Shown here in pieces: positions 20,005 to 28,589 of a DNA stretch of 56,446 bases. A program made the position numbers and the translations under genes. The notes under the pieces are model-generated. The model did no database searches. It saw only the letters and a list, made by a program, of their open reading frames with translations, and was not told where the DNA came from. Position 1 is the first letter of the stretch. Each line of letters starts with the position of its first letter. Location: IMG/VR virus record IMGVR_UViG_3300042465_007438, positions 1-56,446 of that record. The stretch is one strand, 5' to 3'. Source of the stretch: a virus (taxonomy: Duplodnaviria > Caudoviricetes).

Positions 20005-20820
20005 ATGGTACAAGGACAAGAAACTGTAGTTAAAGACCTTACCCGTCTTATGACTATTTTTAAAAAATCAAATGCGGCTATACGCCCACACTTTATTTTG
20101 ACCGGTCCTTCTGGATCGGGAAAAAGTTTCACGATTAGCACTTTGTGTAGCACTCTAGATCTCCCTTTTGTGGAAATAAACGGGGCTCAGTTAACTAAGG
20201 AAGGAACATCAGGAAACAGTGTTTCTAAAGCGCTCGCCCCCTTAGTAAATATGAGTGCAAAACCGTGTGTCTGTTTTGTAGACGAGTTTGACAAACTGTT
20301 TATCAGTGGAAACTCCAACTCTGACTTGGCTCACGAAAGTACCAATGGAGTACAAAATGAATTCCTCAAGGTACTTGAATCTGATGAAGCAACTGTATAT
20401 GGAGATTACGGAAAATACATAAATGTTTCTGTAAAAAACGTATTGTTTGTTTTTGCAGGAGCATTCAACGGCCAGCCTGAAATTGGAATAGATGAACTTC
20501 GTAAATTCGGAATCAAAACTGAATTTATTGGACGAGTTGGTCTGGTTTACAATGTGCAACCTTTGACCTTAGATACGTTGTATTCTATTTTTGAATCGTC
20601 TACGCTTTTCAAAAATTATGTACAGCTAATGGCTAATGTCGATCTTGAAAAAGCAAAGGATGAAATCAAGGTTCAAATACAAAAGAACTTTGAAAATAAT
20701 ACCTTGGGAGCGAGGATGATTACGACTTTAATTCATCAGTATTTTATTAAAGGCGGCTTTAAGGACGACGAAGTAAAACACATTACATTTCAAGAAAAAT
20801 TGAATTTTGAAACTATTTAA
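20005..20820 (+). CDS. ClpX-like AAA+ ATPase (minimal)
   Basis: GPSGSGKS, FVDEFDK, GVQNEFLKVLE, LFVFAGAF, EFIGR, LGARMI. Confidence 0.85.
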   Translation: MVQGQETVVKDLTRLMTIFKKSNAAIRPHFILTGPSGSGKSFTISTLCSTLDLPFVEINGAQLTKEGTSGNSVSKALAPLVNMSAKPCVCFVDEFDKLFISGNSNSDLAHESTNGVQNEFLKVLESDEATVYGDYGKYINVSVKNVLFVFAGAFNGQPEIGIDELRKFGIKTEFIGRVGLVYNVQPLTLDTLYSIFESSTLFKNYVQLMANVDLEKAKDEIKVQIQKNFENNTLGARMITTLIHQYFIKGGFKDDEVKHITFQEKLNFETI

Positions 20821-21024
20821 ATGATGAAAAAAGATTTATCATTACCATTGCTAGGATTTACAATTCTAGCAATTTGCTTACTCCTCAGCCTTGTATCTTG
20901 TCGTAGTTATTATGCAGGATATGGTAAAGGACAAGCAAAGCACCGGAAGTGCGGCCAGAGGAATACAAACAGCCGTATTTTTGGGGCAATCCAGACAGAT
21001 ACGCTGTGCATATCAAAGCCGTAA
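20821..21024 (+). CDS. small lipoprotein-like protein
   Basis: Hydrophobic N-terminus ending LVS-C. Confidence 0.5.
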   Translation: MMKKDLSLPLLGFTILAICLLLSLVSCRSYYAGYGKGQAKHRKCGQRNTNSRIFGAIQTDTLCISKP

Positions 21025-21314
21025 AACAAGAAGGCAATTTGAGTTCTCTCTAACCAGTACATATCCGAATCAGTTTTACTGAATAGATGTGGTAAAAAGA
21101 GAGTTACAACAATATCAAAGTGACGCACCTGAAGTGGAGCAATGCGATAAATCCTACAGACTATAAAGTTGAATGTCTGTAGTGGTCACAATGATACCCT
21201 GATGAATAAAATCTAATACCAATGGGTTAAATTGGTTTTTTACACAGTAAAATAAATAAACTCGATATTTTTATTTTTTTAAACTTAACAACATGAAAAA
21301 AAAAATAATAAAAC

Positions 21315-22235
21315 ATGGAAAACAAAAAATTTATTGAAACGGTGCTCATCGAAGGTGGTACATTTTTATTGGGTGGCGAAGTAAATGTTACCGTACCTTC
21401 CTTCGAGATCGGAAAGTATCCCGTAACCCAAAAGCAATGGGTTGAAATAATGGGTACTAATCCTTCTCACTTTTCCGGTGATAGCCTTCCGGTTGAAAAT
21501 GTCAGTTGGGAGGACGTGCAGGCCTTCCTAACAAAACTGAATACCATAGACCCGAATAAAAACTACCGTCTTCCTACCGAAGCAGAATGGGAATATGCAG
21601 CTCGTGGCGGTAATCAATCGCAAGGATATGAATACAGCGGCAGCGATTTTCTGAAAGAAGTAGGTTGGTATTATGAAAATTCCAACGACAAAACCCATCC
21701 TGTCGGTCAGTTAAAACCCAATGAATTGGGATTGTACGACATGAGTGGAAATGTTTGGGAATGGTGCGAAGATCAAAGCGAAGATCAAAACGGCTCTTTC
21801 CGCGTGAATCGCGGCGGCGGCTGGTTCACCTACGCCGAGTTCTGCCGCGCCGCTTATCGCCGCGGCAGCACGCCGGCGCGTCGCTACAATAGCGTCGGCT
21901 TCCGCATTTGTCGTTCTCTTGTTAAAACAATGGAAACAGAGTCAATAACACAGGATTTATTAATAGACGTAAAAAGAGGGATTAAGTTCTTTTTTGAAGA
22001 ACAAAGTTATTCTTCTATTTATGAAGGAATCCGGGTACCTGTACGCGATTTAGGCATATTTGATATAAAACTATTAAGTATAAAGCCTGTAGTAAAAGTT
22101 GAAATTCATCTCGACCGTCCCGAGTTATTGGTTGGTTTTGGAGGATTAAGGCTAACAATGTTAGAAAACTTTCTTTCAAATAGACTTGAAGTACCAGTTA
22201 CTATTGATATCAAAGAGGTTACATTTTGGCCTTAA
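21315..22235 (+). CDS. FGE-sulfatase (CLec-fold) DGR target 2 fused to a type II KH-like domain
   Basis: Same FGE motifs as target 1, then VEIHLDRPELLVGFGG...LEVPVTIDIKEV resembling the ribosomal protein S3 KH domain. Confidence 0.85.
   Translation: MENKKFIETVLIEGGTFLLGGEVNVTVPSFEIGKYPVTQKQWVEIMGTNPSHFSGDSLPVENVSWEDVQAFLTKLNTIDPNKNYRLPTEAEWEYAARGGNQSQGYEYSGSDFLKEVGWYYENSNDKTHPVGQLKPNELGLYDMSGNVWEWCEDQSEDQNGSFRVNRGGGWFTYAEFCRAAYRRGSTPARRYNSVGFRICRSLVKTMETESITQDLLIDVKRGIKFFFEEQSYSSIYEGIRVPVRDLGIFDIKLLSIKPVVKVEIHLDRPELLVGFGGLRLTMLENFLSNRLEVPVTIDIKEVTFWP
21792..21904 (+). repeat. DGR-type variable region VR2
   Basis: Partner of 18370-18482; 70% GC inside an otherwise AT-richer gene. Confidence 0.85.
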
Positions 22236-22386
22236 AAATCCAAAAAACGGAATCGAAGTAATCATCTGGTCACTACCTGAGTAATCAGGATAAATTAACG
22301 AATCCGAAATCCCTATGGGAAGATGGACTTCCAGTAGATTCCCACAGCATTGTTTACACCTTTAACAAGGTTTGGATGCTGTTTAT

Positions 22387-22458
22387 GATCCTGTAATTTA
22401 ATGGATAAAATGCAAATCTTCTAAATTTGTAATGCAGGTTCGATTCCTGTCAGGATCA
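22387..22458 (+). tRNA. tRNA-Arg(TCT), second divergent copy
   Basis: gatcctg/caggatc acceptor, caaat-cttctaa-atttg, GGTTCGATTCC; weak AT-rich D arm. Confidence 0.8.
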
Positions 22459-22472
22459 CAATTAATAAAACT

Positions 22473-22551
22473 GCCCGGGTGGTGAAATGGTAAACACGTC
22501 GATTTTAAGCATCGATCCGTAAGGTTGCAGGTTCGAGTCCTGTTCCGGGTA
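22473..22551 (+). tRNA. tRNA-Leu(TAA)
   Basis: gcccggg/tccgggt acceptor, tcgat-tttaagc-atcga, variable arm, GGTTCGAGTCC. Confidence 0.85.
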
Positions 22552-22611
22552 CATTCATTTACAATGCGGTATTTTATACCGTACTTTTTTTCATTAAAAC
22601 TTTTATATAAA

Positions 22612-23016
22612 ATGCGTACACTTATTATTGTTATTATCACCGCTTCCATTCTGTTGGGCGGTTACTGTTACGAAATCCAACGAGTTGCAAAGTTGGAAGA
22701 ACGTGCTAAGCTCGAATTGGAGTATGACTGCTGGAAAAACACAGCACAAATTCTCCACGACTCACTCCTTGCTACTACAGGCAGGGATGTGCCTGTACCT
22801 GTACTTATTTACTTTAAGGTAAAAACCCTTGAAGAAATACCTGATTCAATTTTAACAAATGAATCTTGTGCCCCTTGCTGGATACTTCATTCTGAAATAA
22901 ACACAGACGATGAAAAAAATCGTCTTTTGGACATCAATGAACTTTATTTTAACGATTATGAACTTGCCGCAGAAGTTCGAGCAAAACGCTCGGTTCAGTC
23001 TGCTAACGTACGTTAG
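22612..23016 (+). CDS. membrane-anchored hypothetical protein
   Basis: Likely start MRTLIIVIITASILLGG. Confidence 0.55.
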   Translation: MRTLIIVIITASILLGGYCYEIQRVAKLEERAKLELEYDCWKNTAQILHDSLLATTGRDVPVPVLIYFKVKTLEEIPDSILTNESCAPCWILHSEINTDDEKNRLLDINELYFNDYELAAEVRAKRSVQSANVR

Positions 23017-23761
23017 CAAAAGCAGTGTGTCAACGATAGCGTTTCATTCCGGAACACTATTGTTGATTGTAGTACTTTCTGGGATTATAGTTGGGCTTTG
23101 CTTAAAACCTAAGCAAGTTATAATTAGAGATACTCAGAAAATAATAGTACAAAAAGAAATCAAAACAACAGACACAGTATATGCCATGAAAGTAATTCCG
23201 GTAAATAAAAGTTGGTTTAGTCCAACTCCGGAAAAAAAACAAAAAATAGAAAACAAAACATCTGGATATACTAAGTATGAAAAAATTATGTGGGCATTGA
23301 AAACAGAAGAATCTTTTAGAAGTAAGGCCTATCCCGATGGGCCTTATTACTCTATTGGATTTGGATTCAACATGAACCCACATAATAAAAGAATGTTACA
23401 GCAACAAGAAAAAACACATTTGATTAAAGGTTGGGGTAAAGGTGCAACGACTACTTGGGAAAACTCTATTGTCTTAACCCAAATTTTTATTGATCACAAC
23501 ATTACCCCTAACTTAAAAAATCAGAAATTAACGCACGATCAGTATGTTGCTAAAGCTCTTAAGTTTTACAATAGCGGGTCTTTTTCTTTAGGATCTTGTT
23601 GCAACGGAAAAAAAGGTTGTGGTAATAGAAACAAAAACATTAGAACCCACCACAACAAACGAAGAAATTTTGAGTCTCGTTTGTACAAGGGAAGGATAAA
23701 TGATGCAACCTGGGACAAAATTAGAAAAAAAGCGATTAGCATCGAAATGAATCATCGCTGA
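22910..23761 (+). CDS. membrane-anchored phage lysozyme (GH24/T4-like)
   Basis: TM segment then LKTEESFRSKAYPDGPYYSIGFGFN (E-x8-D..S-IGFG) and C-terminal RRNFESRLY; start uncertain. Confidence 0.7.
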   Translation: MKKIVFWTSMNFILTIMNLPQKFEQNARFSLLTYVSKSSVSTIAFHSGTLLLIVVLSGIIVGLCLKPKQVIIRDTQKIIVQKEIKTTDTVYAMKVIPVNKSWFSPTPEKKQKIENKTSGYTKYEKIMWALKTEESFRSKAYPDGPYYSIGFGFNMNPHNKRMLQQQEKTHLIKGWGKGATTTWENSIVLTQIFIDHNITPNLKNQKLTHDQYVAKALKFYNSGSFSLGSCCNGKKGCGNRNKNIRTHHNKRRNFESRLYKGRINDATWDKIRKKAISIEMNHR

Positions 23762-23767
23762 TTCATA

Positions 23768-23849
23768 GCGCCCGTGGTGTAATTGGTAGTCACGAGGGAA
23801 AATCCCTTGATCTGAAAAGGTCGTGCAGGTTCGAGTCCTGTCGGGCGCA
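23768..23849 (+). tRNA. Leu-type tRNA-like gene lacking an anticodon
   Basis: Perfect gcgcccg/cgggcgc acceptor, D arm, variable arm and T arm; anticodon arm is aggga-aaa-tccct (3-nt loop). Confidence 0.75.
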
Positions 23850-23940
23850 CTAAATTAAAACTTTTATATTATGATGAATGAAGTAAACTTAACAATCCTA
23901 ATACTATTTTCTCTTATTTTCATTTATAAAACAAGAAAGT

Positions 23941-24638
23941 ATGAAAAAGAATGATCTTCTACACCTTCGAGATAATCTGGAAACAGAAATCTCGAAAATT
24001 AAAAATTTCAACTTTAAAAGATCTTATCAAGTAACAGATATGGTATATCTACAACCTGCCAGTGTCCATAAAATTGTGGATGGTAGGTTTGTAGGTAACT
24101 CAGTCTGGGAAGATCAAACGATGGACGTAATAACTTTAGCGCCATCGGAAATAGATCTTGATAGTCTGATCTTTTTATATTCAGAAACACTTTAAAAAAT
24201 ATTTTGCTGATTAAATAAATAAAAACCTTTATGTCTTTCTTATCTAATAACTTAAAATCCCTAGCAGAAATCCGCAGAGATCTAACGGATTTAGCGTGGG
24301 AAACAACTGGAGAAATATGTCCAAAAACTCTTATGGGTGCATGTGCTATATCAGCAAAAATGGTTTATAAATTTTTAAAATCTAATAATATAGATTGTAA
24401 AATTATTCATAATGATGGTCATTTTTGGTGTAGAAGCATGGGTTATACAATAGACTTGACAATTTCACAATTTGAAAGTTCTATTCCCGGGGTTTATATA
24501 GAATCTGAAGAACTTGAAAATAAGTTTGACTTTTATAATAATGCTATTGTCTTAGAAGGAGACTTGACTCAAGAGTATTTGGAATCAATCCGTTGGCCAG
24601 AGTATCAATCTCCTTTTACTTATTATAACGAAGAGTAA
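23941..24638 (+). CDS. two hypothetical genes (23941-24195; 24231-24638 with papain/transglutaminase-like C-H-D motifs)
   Basis: Second ORF: GACAISA...GHFW...IDLTISQF. Confidence 0.6.
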
Positions 24639-24641
24639 ACA

Positions 24642-25319
24642 ATGAATAAAATCAAATACCCTTGGAAAAAAGCACCAGATGAAGCAAATTTTGCAGCAAC
24701 TAATAGTGACGGAATTGCTTTCTGGTTTGAAAAAAAACCTTCATTAGAACCTTTAAGATGGGCTCATATGTACAATGATAAATTAGCATATGTACCACAT
24801 AGTCCTAAAATAAAGGGTAAAATGACAACCAAAAATTGGGAAGATTCATTACAAAAGCGTCCTGAATAATGGAAAAACAAGAAATAAATTACCCGTGGCA
24901 CAAAGCGCCCGATTGGGCGCAATGGGCCGCTATTGATCAAAATGGTGAAGCTTATTGGCTTGGAAAAAAGCCGTATTTAGGGATTAGAACATGGCAATGC
25001 AGTAACTATTCTCAATATTTTGATTGCGCTATTCCCAAAGACTTTAATTGGAAAAAATCACTACAAAAAAGACCCGATGGAAGTCTTAATCAAACCCCAG
25101 AAGTGGGTTAAATGGATAGCAATAGACGGGGACGGCGAAATATTTGGTTTTGAAGAAAAACCGTATGCCGTCCCCAGTCTAAAAAGCTGGTGGGGGTTTA
25201 AACGAAGAATGTTTCTGGGAGTCGATAGAACTACTGACTGGAAAGAACATTGGGAAACCTCTTTAAAAGAATATCAAATTTACTTAACTAAACTCTACTA
25301 TGAAAGGAGTATGGATTGA
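24642..25319 (+). CDS. three tandem small paralogous Trp-rich proteins (24642-24869, 24869-25111, ~25077-25319)
   Basis: Shared pattern AP(D)W/E-A-x-W/F-A-A-x-D/N-x-x-G...K-P...W...N/H-W-x-x-SL. Confidence 0.75.
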
Positions 25320-26472
25320 ATCTCTCACAATGCAAGAGATTAAAAAAAAGTATCCTGATCTTAATGCTCAAGAATACCAATGTCAGATGCACCATCTAAA
25401 AATTAAAAAGATCGGCAGTCCTGTAGAAATTGAGGAAACAAAACAACACCAAAAAAAATGGTTTTACAAAGTGAAAGGTAAATGGTTTGATGAAACGCAA
25501 GTTTGTCCAGTCATTGATCCGGTCATAGAACTCTTAAACCAAATGCCTGAAAAGTTCAAAACGGTAGAATTTGTAAAAGCGGCTGAAGTGCAATACAAGA
25601 TGAAGCTAAATACGGTAGTATTACACCTTCAGCAGGCGAGAAAAAACAAACTAATCACAAACTATAAGTTTACATGGCAAAAATTATCTTAAGTCTTTTT
25701 TTATTAATCCCGTGGACTTTACAGTCTCAGAAAATTTTCTTTGCTGATAAAAATCAAACAATAGAGTTTGAGTTAGATAGCATCAATATGATTTCACACT
25801 TCAACTACAATACAAGTAGGTTAGACACCATTCTTTCGTACTATGGTAATCCTAAAATGGATATTGTATGCGATGAAAAAGTAGAGAAATTTCTCTTTGC
25901 TTGTTATACAATCGATTTAAACGTCGAAGATGACTGGAGAGAACTCTTTTACTATTGCGGAATTGATTGGCAAAAACATCGTCGGTTTATTCCCAGTATT
26001 TTACTTCGAATAAATCCACGCTTAAGTGAATCAGACATTTTAAATATCTATCGGTAAATGTACATTGGAAAAAACTTAAAAATTGCAATTATAGTAATTG
26101 CAGGAATTTGTTTCCTTGACTACCTTTTAAACAGTGAGTTTTTCAGTATTTTAGAATACATAAAAACTTTCTCGTTTATCTCTCTTATTTTTTTATCGGG
26201 GTATCTTACTCCAAAACGTTAACATGGACTGGGACTTATTTGAATTATTTAAAAAAAAAAATTTTGTACAAACAAATGAAGGATTTATTTTCCGAATAGA
26301 AGACAACATTGGGGAGACGTACAGTCTCTCGAAAGGCAGATTTACAATAGAAAAAAATAAATTAGAATGGGTGCCGGGGTCACACGACCCTGTTATCCTC
26401 TCTAAGAAAAACATTCAGAAATTTTTAACAGATAAAGAAGCAGAAGAATTGCTTCAGAAAAAGACTCGGTAA
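25300..26472 (+). CDS. three hypothetical genes (25300-25692, 25674-26057 with signal peptide, 26224-26472)
   Basis: Co-oriented overlapping ORFs. Confidence 0.6.
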
Positions 26473-26509
26473 TTTCTTTTATTTCTTAATTTCTTAATTT
26501 TGTTTTTTT

Positions 26510-26983
26510 ATGCAAATGCATTCTTTTCTAAAAGTAACTGCTATTTCTAACCGTACGGCCTCCAATGGTCGTAAGTACCAAACAGTAAGTTTTAGCCCAA
26601 TCAAATATTTTGGGGATCAACAAATAATTTCCCAAGAAGTAAGAACCCGTAATATCTGGGACAAGGCTACCCTTGAAAACGGAGACATTATCAAGGCAGA
26701 TGGATTCTTTAACAAGTTGAATGTAGGTCAACTGGTCGAAGGAGAAATCATGTCTTTTAACACAACTCCGTACACCATTGGAGATAATGAAGTAAACACC
26801 TGGACAGGTGTAATCTTCAAAGGCGAAAATGGACTAAAAGTTGCTAACCAGCAGCTGAAGAGCAAGAACGCTCATGTGGTAGAAAACAACACTGTAAATC
26901 AACTTACCAGTGTGTTTACCCAAGCGGCTGTTCAAACTCCTGCTGTAGCCATCAGCATTCCGGTAGACGATATTCCGTTCTAA
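26510..26983 (+). CDS. putative single-stranded DNA-binding protein
   Basis: OB-fold-like beta pattern and C-terminal DDIPF tail as in bacterial SSB; terminator 26997-27032 follows. Confidence 0.6.
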   Translation: MQMHSFLKVTAISNRTASNGRKYQTVSFSPIKYFGDQQIISQEVRTRNIWDKATLENGDIIKADGFFNKLNVGQLVEGEIMSFNTTPYTIGDNEVNTWTGVIFKGENGLKVANQQLKSKNAHVVENNTVNQLTSVFTQAAVQTPAVAISIPVDDIPF

Positions 26984-27052
26984 TTTTAATTACACCTACC
27001 CTGTCTGTAGCAATACAGACAGGGTACTTTTTACTTGTACAATTTTTTACTT

Positions 27053-27265
27053 ATGGAAGCACTACCAGACTTTCTTATTGAGCTCATTAATGAGCAACAA
27101 TACATTAAAAATAAAATAGTTAAACTCAAGGCTTTTATTGCCTCACCCGAATTTGAAGAAATCCCATATACTACAAGGGATCTCTTGAACATTCAGTTGG
27201 AAGCAATGAATAAATACAATGAAGCCCTGTTAGGGCGATTAGAACAAATAAATATCGAAATCTAA
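27053..27265 (+). CDS. small conserved phage coiled-coil protein
   Basis: KIVKLKAFI...LLNIQLEAMNKYNEALLGRL pattern. Confidence 0.7.
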   Translation: MEALPDFLIELINEQQYIKNKIVKLKAFIASPEFEEIPYTTRDLLNIQLEAMNKYNEALLGRLEQINIEI

Positions 27266-27295
27266 CTTTTTTTCATTACATTAAATACTTTTTAA

Positions 27296-27760
27296 ATGCA
27301 ACACGAACAAATTTATGTACTCGCTTCTCTTCTTCTGGGCCAAAAGAAAGGCTACGAAGATCTTGTAACCTTTGTTACCGACGAAGATACATTCAGTTCT
27401 ACGCTGGATGAACTTCACAATGCAGGTTACATTAACGGATGCAACCTTCTTCCTAAGGGATACAATGCCATTCAAACCAGCCCGGGCAATCTCTCAACTA
27501 AACAGATGGGGATCCGAATTAACGTTTATCTTAACTATCTGGCCAACAAAGGAGACTTTACAAGCTTTCTTTGCTTGTCTGAAGATCTTCAGCGTAAGAT
27601 CGCGGAAGTTCTTATACACAATCTGGCACGACTGGAAGATCAGAATCGGTATTCTTTGCTGGAAGAGTTTCACGAAACTGCTCCGGTAGAAGAAATCCCA
27701 ACTGTAGAAGCGCCGGTCGAAATGATCGATCTTCGCAAGAAATCTAAAAAGAACGCTTAG
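27296..27760 (+). CDS. hypothetical protein
   Basis: 154 aa; terminator 27768-27804 follows. Confidence 0.65.
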   Translation: MQHEQIYVLASLLLGQKKGYEDLVTFVTDEDTFSSTLDELHNAGYINGCNLLPKGYNAIQTSPGNLSTKQMGIRINVYLNYLANKGDFTSFLCLSEDLQRKIAEVLIHNLARLEDQNRYSLLEEFHETAPVEEIPTVEAPVEMIDLRKKSKKNA

Positions 27761-27878
27761 TTAAATAAGGGGTAGCGAAGTAATTTCGTTACCCCTACTT
27801 TTTTCACTATGCACGAAATATTTCATATCTTTGGCCTTTGTGGCGAACCACATATAAACTTCATAAATTTAATAGATT

Positions 27879-28589
27879 ATGACACCTTTGCTAGATGTAT
27901 ATACAGTTACTTGGAACGAACAAATATTTTTACACGATTTTATAAAGTTCTACAAAAACAGATGTGAATGTAATATTATAATTTTAGATAATGATTCAAC
28001 AGATCAAACTGTAGAAATTGCAAAAGACTATGGCTGTGAAGTAAGATCTTTTTCGACAAATAATCAAATGGATGAACATACATTAATTAAAATAAGAAAT
28101 ACTTGTTGGTTAGATTCCACAGCAAAATTTCGGATTGTATGTGATTCTGATGAATTTGTAGATGTAAATCAAAGTATGTTAGAAAATGCAATTAAAGAAG
28201 AGTGGGACTATTGTATTTGTGAAGGATACGAAATGTTTGGATTTGGAGAAAAATGGGAAGCTCTAGTAAGAGGGATTAGAAGTGTTGGATATTGCAAACC
28301 AGTGTTATTTAAAGATACTATTCACGGGATGAATTTTGCTCCGGGAAGTCATTCAGCAAATCCTACTACTTTAAGGAGAGAAAATCCTTTATTTGTTATA
28401 AATTATCCTAAATTATATCATACTAAATGGAGAGACTATACTTACGGACTTAATAGGCAAAGAATTTTAGCACAAAGAGTATCTTCTAATTCTAAAAATA
28501 ACGGCTGGAATTTTCATTACGGCTTAGATGAATCTATACATAAAGAGTACTTTATGAATGGTTTAAAAAACTCTAAAGTAATCAGATAA
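27879..28589 (+). CDS. GT2-family glycosyltransferase
   Basis: TWNEQ, ILDNDSTDQTVEIAK, VCDSDEF (DxD). Confidence 0.85.
   Translation: MTPLLDVYTVTWNEQIFLHDFIKFYKNRCECNIIILDNDSTDQTVEIAKDYGCEVRSFSTNNQMDEHTLIKIRNTCWLDSTAKFRIVCDSDEFVDVNQSMLENAIKEEWDYCICEGYEMFGFGEKWEALVRGIRSVGYCKPVLFKDTIHGMNFAPGSHSANPTTLRRENPLFVINYPKLYHTKWRDYTYGLNRQRILAQRVSSNSKNNGWNFHYGLDESIHKEYFMNGLKNSKVIR

Noticed and set aside
21199-21240. CTGATGA as a hammerhead ribozyme core
   Set aside because: No stem II with a following GAAA could be built.
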